Part shown: one piece after another, positions 37,030-48,735 of the stretch
Position numbering within the stretch: position 1 is the first letter of the stretch
How the letters are laid out: every line of letters begins with the position of its first letter
Assembly: GCF_004010195.1 (NCBI RefSeq)
Contig: NC_057718.1
Span: 11,249,569 to 11,313,568 of the forward strand
Direction: 5' to 3'
From: Chiloscyllium plagiosum
Lineage: Eukaryota
Length of the DNA: 64,000 bases
The notes under the pieces: model-generated
The model's database searches: none
The model's input: only the letters and a program-made list of their open reading frames with translations
Told to the model about the DNA's origin: nothing
Made by a program: the position numbers and the translations under genes

Positions 37030-37645
37030 GGAATGTTGGTCTTTAATTCAAAGAGAATGGAGTAAAAAATTGGGAGGTTTCCCTAAAATTATACAAAGGT
37101 ATCAGTCAGACCACTGGTGTGAAGCCGTGAAAGGTTTAGCTCCCTTATCTAAGGAAAGATATACTGGCATCGAAGGCTGTCTGGAGGAAGTTCACCAGAT
37201 TGATCAGGTAGGAAGGGACTGTCATCTTGGGAGAGGCTGAGTAGATTGGGTCGAGAGTATAGAAGATTAAAAGGAGACGTTATTGAATCATAAGGGGGTT
37301 TGACAGGGTAGATGGTGAAAAGTTGTCTCCCTTTGTGGGAGAAACTAGGACCAGAGGGTACAATCTCTGAACAAGAGGTCGCCCATTGGAGATGAGGAGG
37401 AATTTCTTCTCTCAGGGGGGAGTCAACCTGTGGAATTGTTTAGCACGGAGGGCTCTCGGGGCTGGGTCAGTGAGTATATACAAGGCTGAGCTAAACAGAT
37501 TTTTAATCAGGAAGGGGTTATGGGTTATGGGGAAATGGGTGGAACCTGGAGCTGTGGGTAATCAGATCAGCCATCATGTTATTGAAAGACAAAGCAGATT
37601 TGATGGGCCGAATGGCCTACTTCTGCACCTATGCCTTATGGCCTT
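37030..37645 (+). mobile_element. CR1 3' fragment, degenerate
   Basis: EMRRNFFSQGGVNLWN...gatgggccgaatggcctacttctgc. Confidence 0.8.
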
Positions 37646-37653
37646 ATGAGCAT

Positions 37654-37780
37654 ATTCCTGATGAAGGGCTGACACCTGAAATGTCGACTCTCCTGCTCCT
37701 CGGATGCTGCCTGACCTGCTGTGCTTTTCCAGCACCACACTTTTCAACTCTGCTCTTCTGATCTCCAGCATCTGCAGTCG
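37654..37780 (+). mobile_element. Solo PLE terminus, family A
   Basis: attcctgatgaagggc...gaaatgtcgactctcctgctcc; flanks ttatgagcatat / ttatgaacacat. Confidence 0.8.
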
Positions 37781-38424
37781 TTTTATGAACACATATACCC
37801 TCAAGACTGCCTCAAGTCCAAAATAAAGAGCGTTTCAAGTTTAAAGAGATATACCCCAGAATCTCCATTCTAGGAAGCACAGGAGGGTCACCTCCATTGG
37901 GGGAATAATCATGTTTCTGGAGCTTAGACTGAGTTGTACTGATACAGGACAGCCTTTCACTCTGCTCTTGGTTCTAACCTGAGGGCTCTCTCTGACTGTC
38001 ATGTTGATTCATGGTTCATCAATGCAGGGAGTTATGGCCAGGAAATGGAATGTGAGACTTCTCTCCAGCCCTTGTCCCTGACATCAATCACTTAACATTA
38101 CCGGGCAAATTAGCAAAGCAATTGGCCGCGTTCAAGTTTCCATCCTCGGGTTACACTGTCATCCCAAAGCCAAGGCAACCATTGTTACTCGACACAGTTG
38201 CTGAAGTTTAAGAGCATTGGGTTATTTTCCTCTCGGGCCCCTGATAAAGGAACAGAGAGTGTCGTAAATCAATGGGAACACTCCAACAAGGCAAACCCAG
38301 TGGACCATCTCAGGGAGAGAAACCTTCAGTCACACCATCCGAAGGCCAGTTTCCAACTTCTGAACTCTTTTGTTTTAATCCCTCACACAACATTGTCAAC
38401 GAAATACTTCAACCAATCCAGTTC

Positions 38425-38730
38425 ACCTGTTCATCTCCCCTGTCCCTTGATTCCTCCTCTCATTTCCTCTTCTCCCTGTCCTCTCCAGTCAATCCCCCCA
38501 TCCTCTTGCCTTCCCTCTCCACCTTGCCCTTTCTCTCTCCCTCCCTCGTCCCCCTCCCCATGCCTTCCTGTTGCAGCTCCCTGCCACATTGGTCTCTTCC
38601 TGCCCCTTCCTCTCCCATCCCCCTGCCCTCCCTGTCCTCCTCACTTCCCCCTTTCCTCATCTTTTCCCACTTCTCCCCTCACTCCCCCCCATCTTCCCCT
38701 CTCCCTCCCCCGATATCCCACCTCCCCTCA
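38425..38730. repeat. Polypyrimidine (CT-rich) low-complexity tract
   Basis: About 300 bp that is almost entirely C/T. Confidence 0.85.
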
Positions 38731-38920
38731 GCTAACTGTAGGCTGAAGTCTCAGGGAGGGGAGCAGCTGATGAGCTGGGTCTGTCCATGTTGTTCACGTC
38801 TCTGTAACCTCACTGACTCTTTGCCCGCTGTACGTTCAAAGTGCAACCCATTTCCCAGGGGAAAAGAAAGTAATGGGGGTTGGTGGGCCGGGGGGGGGAG
38901 TGGTGGTGTGATGTTCATTG

Positions 38921-40157
38921 TCAAGATTAGAGCGGTGCTGGAAAAGCACAGCAGGTCAGGCAGCAAACGAGGAGCAGGAAAATCGACGTTTCAGGCAGGA
39001 GCCCTTCATCAGGAATGAGGCTGGGAGCCTCCCGGGGTGGAGAGATAAACGGAAGGTGGGGTGGGGCTGGGGAGAAGGTAGCTAAGGGTGCAATAGGTGG
39101 ATGGAGGTGGGGATAAAGGTGATAGGTCAGAGAGGAGGGTGGAGTGGATAGCTGGGAAGGAAGATTGACAGGTGGGACCGGTCATGAGGATGGTGCTGAG
39201 CTGGAAGGTTGGAACTGAGATAAGGTGGTGGGAGGGGAAATGAGGAAACTGGTGAAGTCCACACTGATGCCCTGGGGTTGAAGTGTTCCAGGGCAGATGA
39301 GGCGTTCTTCCTCCAGGTGTTGTGTGGTGAGGGAGCGGTGGTGAAGGAGGCCCAGGACCTGCATGTCCTCGGCAGAGTGGGAGGGGGAGTTGAAATGTTG
39401 GGTCACGGGGCGGTGGGGTTGATTGGTGCGGGTGTCCCAGAGATGTTTCCTAAAGCGCTCTGCGAGAAGGTGTCCAGTCTCCCCAATGTAGAGGAGACCG
39501 CATCAGGAGGAACGGATACAATAAATGTTTTTAGTGGATGTGCAGGTAAAACTTTGATGGATGTGGAAGGCTCCTTTGGGGCCTTGGATCGAGGTGAGGG
39601 AGGAGGTGTGGGCGCAGGTTTTGCAATTCCTGCGGTGGCAGGGGAAGGTGCCAGGATGGGAGGGTGGGTTGTTGTGGGGCATGGATCTGACCAGGTAGTC
39701 ACGGAGGGAACGGTCTTTGCGGAAGGCGGAAAGGGGTGGAGAGGGACCCCTGGTGGTGGGGTCTGTTTCTAGGTGATGGAAATGTTAGTGGATGATGCGG
39801 TTTATGCAAAGGTTGGTAGGGTGGATGGTGAGGACTGGGGGATTCTGTCCTTGTTACAGTTGGAGGGGTGGGGTTTGAGGGCGGAGGTGTTGGATGTGGA
39901 TGAGATGCATTGGAGGGCATCTTCAACCACGTGGGAAGGGAAATTGTGGTCTCTAAAGAAGGAGGCCATCTGGTGTGTTCTATGGTGAAACTGGTCCTCC
40001 TGGGAGCAGATACGGTGGAGGGAGAGGAATTAGTAATACGGGTGAGCATTTTTGCAGGAGGTAGGGTGGGAAGAGGTATAATCCAGGTAGCTGTGGGAGT
40101 CAATGGGTTTATAAAAATTGTCAGTGTTGAGTTGGTCATCATTGATGGATCATCGAT
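38921..40157 (-). mobile_element. 5'-truncated Penelope-like element (RT thumb to GIY-YIG to 3' terminus), frameshifted
   Basis: HSYLDYTSSHP...LYIGETG...HFNSPSHSAEDMQVLGL...LEEERLI..GTLQPQG; perfect 15-bp TSD gtgtgatgttcattg (38906-20, 40158-72). Confidence 0.92.
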
Positions 40158-40377
40158 GTGTGATGTTCATTGCCTCTCCTGCCACCTTCCCCCTGAGCCC
40201 AGTGCTCACTCTGACAGGCTGGCAGCCATCTGATTGGTCAGTCAGTTGGCAATGAAGGTGGGGGCATTTGGTCATGAGTGACTCTGCTAGTTTACTTCAA
40301 ACGGCTGGAGGTGAGATTGGCCACCAAACCCCTCCAAGTTCTTTACTCACGCTGATTGTGCATGATCAGCCAAGCTA

Positions 40378-40670
40378 AGGCAGTATGGTGGCTCACTGGT
40401 TAGCACTGCTGCATTACAGTGCCAGGGACCCGGGTTCGATTCCAGCCTTGTCTGTGGCATTTGCACATTCTCCCTATGCCTGTGTGGGTTTCCTCCTACA
40501 ACCCAAAGATGTACAGGTAAGGTGAACTGGCTCATAGTGTTCAGGGATGTATAGGTTAGGTGCATTAGTCAGGGGTATATGTAGAGTGATAGAGTAGGAG
40601 GAATAGGTCTGGGTGGGATACTCTTCAGAGGGTTGGTATGGAGGGCCTGTTTCCACACGGTAAGGATTTG
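40378..40670 (+). mobile_element. HE1-type V-SINE
   Basis: ggtggctcactggttagcactgctgc...gggttcgattccagcc. Confidence 0.85.
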
Positions 40671-41079
40671 ACAATGATCAAGGTGAGTCGCTGTTTATTT
40701 CACAGGGTGATGTGCATTTAGAGTCAGCACCAACAGAGAAAGCAAGGCACATCTCCCTTCATCCCTGTATGATGACCCATATGAACACCTGGTTTGACAA
40801 GGACCGCAATTTTCAAATTCTCATCTTCATTCGAAATGTTTCCAAGTCCTCAGTCCGTTTCCTCATTATCTCCTCCATCCTGCAAGACCCCCGCCATCCT
40901 CCAATCCTGTCCTTTTGTACAACTCTCCACCATTGGCAGTCTTGCCCTCAGCTGTCTGGGCCCTAAACCCTGAATTCTCTCATTAACCCTCTCTCTCACC
41001 CTTTAAGGCATTCCTTTGGACTGAAAGGTCACTGCATCAGGACCTAGCTTTCTTCAAGAATCACATTAATGGTTTTTAT

Positions 41080-41465
41080 AGAGTTGTACAGCACAGAAAC
41101 AGACCCTTCGGTCCAACTTATCCATGCCAACCAGATATCTGAACCTAATCTAGTCCTCCCAAACCCTTCCTATTCATATACCCATCCAGGTGCCTTTTAA
41201 ATGTTGCAATTGTACCAGACCCCACCACTTCCTCTGGCAGCTCACTCTGTACACACACCACCCTCTGCGTGAAAACGTTGCCCCTTAGGTCCCTTTTATA
41301 TCTTTCCCCTCTCACCCTAAACCTATGCCCTCTAGTTCTGGACTCCCCCACCCCAAGGAAGAGACTTTGTCTATTTATCCTATCCACGCCCCTCACGATT
41401 TTACAAATCTCTTATAAGATCACCCCTCAACCTCCAGGGAAAACAGCCTCAGCCTGTTCAGCCTG
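41080..41465 (-). mobile_element. CR1 3' fragment
   Basis: RGVDRINRQSLF.GVGESRTRGHRFRVRGERYKRDLRGNVFTQRVV. Confidence 0.9.
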
Positions 41466-42044
41466 AACTCTCATCAGAAAGATAATATTGTGGGGTTTGG
41501 CTGGCATGGATCCAAATGCATCACACAGCCATGATAGGCCTCAGGATGTGACAGTGAAGGGACTACATAAATACAAATTGTTGATGAAGATAAACAGGAA
41601 ACAAATTTAATCAGCTGTGCCTGATTTGTCTCCGGCATTGACAGCATTGTCAGGACCGTGTCTTTGAATGACTGCACTATAATTCAGCTCTCTGCCCTCT
41701 GTACATACCAATCCAATCCATTTTCCTTCCTCTTCCTCCCAAAACCATTGCGTTACACCAGATCGTTCACTAACTTTGGCAGACTCCCAAACGGTTGCGA
41801 CAAAACCATCCCTGAAGCAACAAGGATAGGATCACTTACACCTTGTCCCACGACTCCCTTTCAGTGTGTGCACTGAAGGAGGGGTTGAAAGAGCTTTCGC
41901 TCTAAAGGGGAGCAAGGCCCTTTAACTCTTAAAGGCACAGCACCCACAGAGCTCCAGTTAGATTAGTCTCAGCTGGAGGTCATCAACCTAATCTCTAGAG
42001 TCTCTTCCCTAAACATTTCCACCTGCTAAACATGTTATTACATG

Positions 42045-43155
42045 GTCAGAGCCCGTTTGGATGATTGTGTTCAGTTCTGGGCACTGGAAGCTTGCTAAAG
42101 CACTGACGACAGTTCAAAGGTGACTTGCTAAATGCTACCAGCAGTGAGGGATTTTAGACACAAGATTAGAGAAACTGGGCTTTACTCTCCTTAGAGCAGA
42201 GAAGATTAAGAGGTGAACTTATTGAGGTGTTTGAAATTAGGAACAAGTTTGACAGGGTAAAGAAGGATATTCTGTTTCCACTAGTTGTTATGTCAGTAAC
42301 TAGATTGTCAGCGAGAGGGCTTGGAGTGAGATGAAGAGAAACCTCTTTACTCAGAGGGGTGTTAGGATTCGGAATGTGCTGCCTGGGTGAGTGGTGGAGA
42401 GAGATTCCCAAAGGAAGTTTCAAAAGAGAGCTGGATATATATTTGAAAGGGATGAAGTTAGAGGCTTACAGAGATAGGGATTGGAGAGCAGTTTGAGTGG
42501 GGTAGCTCTTTCGGGAGCTGGAACAGACACGATGGGTCAAATAGTCTCCTTCTGCGCTGTACAATGCGATGATTCTGTGATTCTGTGTTCCTTAAAAGCT
42601 ACCTCTTTGACTGATTCACCTATTCACCTGTCCTAATTTCTCCAAATGTGGCTCGGTGGAGGTTTGTTCCCTGCACTTCTTTGTCCTGCCTTAATACCTT
42701 CAAGGCAATGCCTGAATATTACTGAACATTTCTCTTTGTGTTTTTATCTTTAGGTGACTATTCGGGGTCCTCACAGGGGAAGCTGTTTAACCTGGTGGAG
42801 AACGAGGGCTGACCGTATTGAAATGATAAAGATTCCGAGGGACCTTGGCAGGGTAGATTCAGAGAGAATGTTTCCCCTTGTGGGGGAATCTAGGACCAGA
42901 GCGCCTCAGAATAAGGGGCTGCCCGTTTTAAACAGATACAAGGAGGAATTTTTTTTTCCCTCATAGAGTCGTAAATCTGGGGGATTTCTGACCACTGAGG
43001 GCTGTTGGCTGCGTCGTTAAGTATATTAAAGGCTGAGAGAGACCGATTTTTTAAATCAAGGGTTACAGGGAAAAGGCAGGAAAGTGTACATGAGGGATAT
43101 CATGTACACAATCTCATAGAATGGTGGGGGAGACTTGATGGGCTGAATGGCCTGT
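42045..43155 (+). mobile_element. Two degenerate CR1 3' fragments (~42045-42580, ~42790-43155)
   Basis: LEKLGFTLLRAEKIKR-like and ERMFPLVGESRTR segments; CR1-type tails. Confidence 0.75.
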
Positions 43156-43194
43156 GATTGATGGTCATCTGTCAGTAGGTCTGAAGCGTGGAGA

Positions 43195-43224
43195 CTGATG
43201 AAGGGCTTTTGCCCGAAACGTCGA
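43195..43224 (+). ncRNA. Minimal hammerhead ribozyme core (copy 1 of tandem)
   Basis: CTGATGA-A-GGGC-tttt-GCCC-GAAA-CGTC-ga; predicted GUC cleavage triplet; activity untested. Confidence 0.65.
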
Positions 43225-43475
43225 TTTAGCTGCTCCTTGGATGCTGCCTGAACTGCTGTGCTCTTCCAGCACCACTAATCCAGAATCTGGTTTCCAGCAT
43301 CTGCAGTCATTGTTTTTACCTCGTTGATTTTAACCCTACTGCGAATCCTCTCGCAAGGATGCTTGCCTTGAAGAAGTTTTCCTCCTCTCTCTACAAGAAT
43401 CTCAGGGACTCCCTCTCCCACTGCAACTCCCAGGTCCTCTAGCTTATCTCTCCACGCTTCAGGCTCACTGCCTTT

Positions 43476-43511
43476 ATTCCTGATGAAGGGCTTTTGCCCG
43501 AAACGTCGATT
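43476..43511 (+). ncRNA. Minimal hammerhead ribozyme core (copy 2 of tandem)
   Basis: attc-CTGATGA-A-GGGC-tttt-GCCC-GAAA-CGTC-gatt; activity untested. Confidence 0.7.
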
Positions 43512-44249
43512 TTGAAGCTCCTTGGATGCTGCCTGAACTGCTGTGCTCTTCCAGCACCACTAATCCAGAATGTCAGTAGGTCTCCCTCTTGCTGATTTTC
43601 TAGTGCAGACCGTCCATGGTATCAGATGTCTCCAGGCTGGTGGATTCCAACAAGGTGAGGGGGCATCTTTTGAACATCCCAGGGGAAGTCTTCTTGATTG
43701 GGACAAATGGTTCCGCGTGGCCAGGAAGCATCCTTGGGCCTGGTGCTGAATGTAAGAACACCTCTCAAAGCAGAGAGGGCCTGTTGTACTCAAGGCAATC
43801 ACATAGTCAATGAAGAGGGTTCCATAACACTGACTGACGTTGACTGAAGGAGCAGCACTTCATGGAACCAGATAGTCACTGGGTTATTCACATAAAGATC
43901 TGTAAATCACCACATAAGGTCCTGATGTTGATGCTGGAAGGATGTTTGTCCTTGATGAAGAGACTGGACCCAGTGGAGACCATTTCAGGGTAAGGAGTGT
44001 CCCATTGAAGGTGGGGATGAGAAGGGTATTCTTCTCTCAGGGACCCATGGGTCTGGGCAATTCTGTTGCCCAGAGATTGGCAGGGATTAGGGGATAATCT
44101 GATTGCATAGTGCAGTGGACGGGCTGAATGGCCTACTGTTCTTCATTCGTGTGCTTTTAGACGATGGAAAGTGCAGAGTCCTGATTGGTAATGAGTGCCA
44201 AGCATTTCGGAACACCGAGTAGGAACAGACTGCTATTCTATAACAGGAT

Positions 44250-44562
44250 TACACACACACTCACTCACTCTCACACACAGACACGCACACACACAAAGAC
44301 ACATACTCACACTCAGACACATTCTCACACTCGCACAAAGACACAGGCACACACTCACTCACAGACACACACAAAGACACAGACACACCCTCCCGCAGAC
44401 ACATTCTCACACACACAAAGACATAGACACTCACTCACTCACAGACACAGACACACAGACAGACAGATTCACACAACACAGACACAGACACAGACTCAAA
44501 CTCACAGTCATACTCACACTCACTCACACAGACACACACACACACTCACACAGACACACACA
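44250..44562. repeat. Imperfect (CA)n/(CACAGA)n microsatellite
   Basis: Direct inspection. Confidence 0.95.
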
Positions 44563-45204
44563 GCTCAGCATCCTGAGATTTGCTCACAAACAGGGAAAGC
44601 TGCTGATGGTTATTAAAGAAGGATTGTCTGATGCATGAACAATGTACTGTATTTTCCCCAGGCTTCACCCCGTCTATCATATTTCACCTGACTTGGATCT
44701 AATGGTTTCCTGGCCCTTTCACACAGGTGCCCAGTTCTCCAGGTACAGTTCCATGGATACAAGCATCCAACTGGTCATTCTTCACAGGCTGCCCTCGACC
44801 CCACCCCCACCCTCGTGCTCGATATGCAATTCCCCTACCCCTACACCTTACTCTCCCGTGCCCTGCCCAGGCTCTGAGGCCTAGCCCTCAGTTCTGGTTG
44901 CCTTTATACTCTATGTTCAGCAGCTGGCTTTGTCTGTTTGTCTGTCTCAGGCCTGGCGAGGGTGAGAGGCCTCCCTATAGGCAGTACACCTGGGCACGGG
45001 TTCCCAGAATGCAGCACTTTCCCAGGGGTCCCGAGGATTTATAGATTTACTCCAGGGACACAATGCTGCAGGTAAATCTGGAAGGAAGTCACAGCGGTGT
45101 GAAAAAAAAAAATGCAGTTTAGTTTTTATTTTCTTTGAATACTTTTATTTATTAGTCAGAAAAATATCACTTGTTCCATCAAGTCAGATAGAGACGGTAT
45201 AAAA

Positions 45205-45358
45205 GGTAAAGTTGCCATAGGCTTACCAGAGCATAGGGCTGCTATCTCATTAGAGAGAGAGAGAGAGAGAACTGGTTAACCTGAGGGTCACCATGCCCTT
45301 TGAGGGGGAGGGTCCTTCGTTGTAACATCATTTTTAGGCAGGAATTGAAGCCAAACTG
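45205..45358 (-). mobile_element. SINE family 3 fragment
   Basis: aaaggtaaagttgccatagg...ctcattagagagag...aacctgagggtcacca. Confidence 0.6.
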
Positions 45359-45359
45359 T

Positions 45360-45920
45360 TATAGAGTTGTACAGCACAGAAACGGACACTTCGGGCCAAC
45401 CAATCCATGCTAACCATAATCCCAAACTAATCTAGTCCCACCTGCATACACTTGTCCCATATCCCTTCAAACCTTTCCTATTCATGTACTGATCTAAATG
45501 ACTTTCAAATGTTGTAACCGTGCCTGCATCCACCACTTACTCAGGACGTTCATTCCAAGTACAAGCAACTCTATGTAAAAAGGTTACCCCTCATGTCTTT
45601 TTAAAATCTTCCTCCTTTCACCGTAAAACTATGACCCCTAATCTTGAAATCCCCCATCCTAGGGAAAAGACAACCTTATCCATGCTCCTCATGATCTTAT
45701 AAAACTCTATAAGGTCACCTCCCAACTTCCTAAGCTCCCGTGAAAAAAGTCCCAGCCTCTCCTTATAGCTCAAAGACCCCAGTGCTGTCAACATCCTGGG
45801 AAATCCCTTCTGAATTCTCTCCAGCTTAATAGTATCCTTCCTATAACAGGGTGACCAGAACTGGACACAGTATTCCAGAAGAGGCCTCACCAACATCCTG
45901 TCCAACCTCAACATGGTGAC
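45360..45920 (-). mobile_element. CR1 3' fragment
   Basis: LVRPLLEYCVQFWSPCYRKDTIKLERIQK...GDLIEFYKIMR. Confidence 0.9.
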
Positions 45921-46315
45921 ACTCTCTGTATCACAAACCTCCAACTGTCTCCCAATAAAGTAATATTGCTCAGGGGCTGCAGATGCTGTTGGCAAGGGCA
46001 GTTTTTGTTACCCATCTCTAGTTGCCCTTGAACTGATAAATAGGAAAGGTTTAAAGAGAAATAGGCCAAACGCATGCAAATGAGACTAGTTTAGCTTGGG
46101 AAACTTGGTCAGCATGGACGGGTTGGACCGAAGGGTTTCTGTGCTATATCACTCTATGACTCTGTGAATAGCTTGCTAAACCATTCCAGAGGGCAGCTCA
46201 GAGTCAACTACATTTTCCTGTGGGTCGGGACTCAGTTGTCGGCCTGACCAGGTAAGGATGGCAGATGACATTAGTGAGCCCACTGATTTTTTTTTTAACA
46301 GAAGGTTAGCTTAGT

Positions 46316-46960
46316 CATAGAATCATCAAGTACAGAAGAGTCCTTTCAGCCCATCGAGTCTATACTGCCTAAAATACACGACACAAGTCACACTGTCCTG
46401 CATTAGGCTTACAGCCTTGAATGCTGTGATTTCAAGGGTTTGTCCAAATGCTTTTTATAGGTTAAAGGTTTCCCGTTTCAACTAGTGGCTCAAGTGGTTA
46501 GCACTGCAGCCTCACAGCACCAGGGTCCCAGGGTGACTGTGTGGAGTTTGCATATTCTCCCGTGTCTGCATGGGTTTCCTCCCACAGTCCAAAGATGTGC
46601 AGGTCAGGTGAATTGGCCGTGTTAAATTGCCCATAGTGTTAGGTGCATTAGCTGGAGAGAAATAGGTCTGGGTGGGTTACTCTTTGGAGGGTCAGAGTGG
46701 ACTCGTTGGGCTGAAGGGCCTGTTTCCACATTATAGGTAACCGAAGCTAAACTACCCTCCCAGTCCGTGCATTCCAGATCACCCTCCACCCTCTGGATGA
46801 CAAAACCTTCCCTTGAATCCCCTTTAAAACTCCTGCGGTTTCACCTTAAAAATTACGCCTCTTTGTTATTGACCCTTCAGTCAGGCTTTCTACCTACTCT
46901 GTCCATGCCCCTCATAATTTTATACCCCTCTATCCGGTCTCCCCTCAACCTTTGCTTCTG
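46316..46960 (-). mobile_element. CR1 3' fragment split by an HE1 (+, ~46485-46750)
   Basis: HE1 V-domain flanked by aacta/aacta; CR1 resumes at ccctcccagtccgtgcattccaga. Confidence 0.8.
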
Positions 46961-47154
46961 TTAGCTCAGTGGGCTGGTTTGTCATATTGAGGGATACCGA
47001 TAATGTTTGTCCCATTCCCACACAAGCTCAGGTTACCCTGGGGGATTCTCTTTCTCAGCCTCTCCCCTCAGTTGGAATGTGGTGACCCTCAGGCTAAACC
47101 ACCACCAGTCATCTCTCTCCAATGCAACAGCAATCCCGTTGCTGGTGCTGATAG

Positions 47155-47640
47155 AGAATCATAGAATCCCTACAGAGTGCAAGCAGCCTATTCGGCCCAT
47201 CGAGTCCACACTGACCCTCTGAACAGTAACCCACCCAGACCAGACTCCCCCACTCCCATCCCCGTGTTCCCCACACCCTTGCATATCCCATGGCTAATCC
47301 ACTAACCATCCTATCCCTGGATACTGTGAGCAATTTAGCATGGCCAGTCCACCTAACCTGCACATCTTTGGGACTGTGGGAGGAAATCAACTAGGAGAAA
47401 GTGAGGGCTGCAGCTCAGAGTCGAGAGTGTGTCGTTGGAAAAGCACAGCACATCAGGCAGCATCCGAGGAGCAGGAAAATCGACGTTTTGGACATAAGCC
47501 CTTCATCAGGAAGCTGGAGCATAACCATGCAGAAGCGGGGAGAACGTGCACACTCCTCACGGGCAGTTGCCTGATGCTGGAATCGAACCCGGTTCCCTGG
47601 CGCTGTGAGGCAGCAGTGATAACCACTGAGCCACCGTGTT
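47155..47640 (-). mobile_element. HE1-type SINE with a family A PLE terminus inserted at ~47393-47513
   Basis: cacctaacctgcacatctttggga...|ggagaaagtgagggctgcag...cccttcatcagga|...ggcgctgtgaggcagcagtg. Confidence 0.82.
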
Positions 47641-48499
47641 GTCAAGCTGGTACGGCAGTGGAAGCACAGTGCCAAAATCTTTGTACCAATCTGAATTGCT
47701 TGAATGCTGTTGGTTTGGATGTAGGAATTACCCTCAGACTGCCTGCCTTCCTTAGAGTACAAGTGCCTGCTCTCCAGAGAGAGAAAAGCAGATGGGAGCC
47801 TCAGTTTAACAACTTCATCCCAATCTTACTTCCAACAGTGCAGTGTTCCCTTTAATTATCAATCTGCATGACACTAATCAGCTCGCGCGATGGACCTTCG
47901 ATCCTACAATCTAAGTGAGAAATCACTGAGCCAGCATATACCCATCAACGCTTTTCTGTTTAAAATCACCAAAGCAATTAAAATGGCATTTATTTTTTAA
48001 AAAAGCCCCGCAAACCTCAAGGGTAATTCTTATGTTATTGTTAGCTTGGAGCACTGAATGGATATTTGCACTCCAGTGTTGTAGTTATTATTAAGGGTTT
48101 GAAAGTGACCACAAATATGAATGCTCCGAAAAATCCTGGAATGAGTTAATTTTTCTGAGTCTTTGTAGTGAGGCTGCTGGGGTATATTGCAGGGGTGGTG
48201 GTGGTGGTCTCATTTTCAGGTCTCATCCTTTGTGGTGCATTTTTCTCTTTCACAGGAGTGGTTAGGCCACTTTTTAATTTGGCTCTGATTAAAGTATGAG
48301 TTTTTTAAAAAAATCTATAGCTTTAAAACTGACACTGAAACATCTTGCCTGCCCAGGCAGTTGTTTTTAAAGTTTCTGGCACTGGTCCATACCTTGAGTG
48401 GTGTCAGTGATGAACTAGGACCCTGTGCATCGTTGGAGTTAGGGTGGAGGAGAGTTTGTTGTGTAAGGTCATAGCTCGGAACGGGTTAACGTTCATGTT

Positions 48500-48705
48500 A
48501 CAAAAACCGAGAATGCTGGAGAAACTCTGTGGATCTGGCAGCATCTGCGGAGAGAGAAACAGTCAGCGTTCCAGGACCCTGAGTTCCGAAGAATGATCAC
48601 CGGACCCGAAACGTTCACTCTGTTTCTCTCCCCACAGATGCTGCCAGACCTGCTGAGTTTCTTCTGCAATTTTGTGCTTCAGATTTCCAGCATCTGCAGT
48701 TCTTA
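48500..48705. mobile_element. PLE family B inverted pair
   Basis: gctggagaaactc...ctggcagcatctgcggagagagaaacag and its reverse complement; ggacccgaaacgtt core remnant. Confidence 0.78.
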
Positions 48706-48735
48706 GTTTGATTAAAATGTTAAAATTATAGAAGG

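Larger units (their letters stand above)
43183..43570 (+). mobile_element. Short non-coding PLE derivative with tandem termini
   Basis: Two direct copies of ctgatgaagggcttttgcccgaaacgtcgattt...taatccagaa; perfect 13-bp TSD tgtcagtaggtct (43170-82, 43571-83); 12-bp 5' inversion gaagcgtggaga. Confidence 0.92.

Noticed and set aside
38198..39018. Pro/Ser-rich 182- and 248-aa ORFs
   Set aside because: Open because of the CT-rich tract, and the longer one runs into a PLE terminus.
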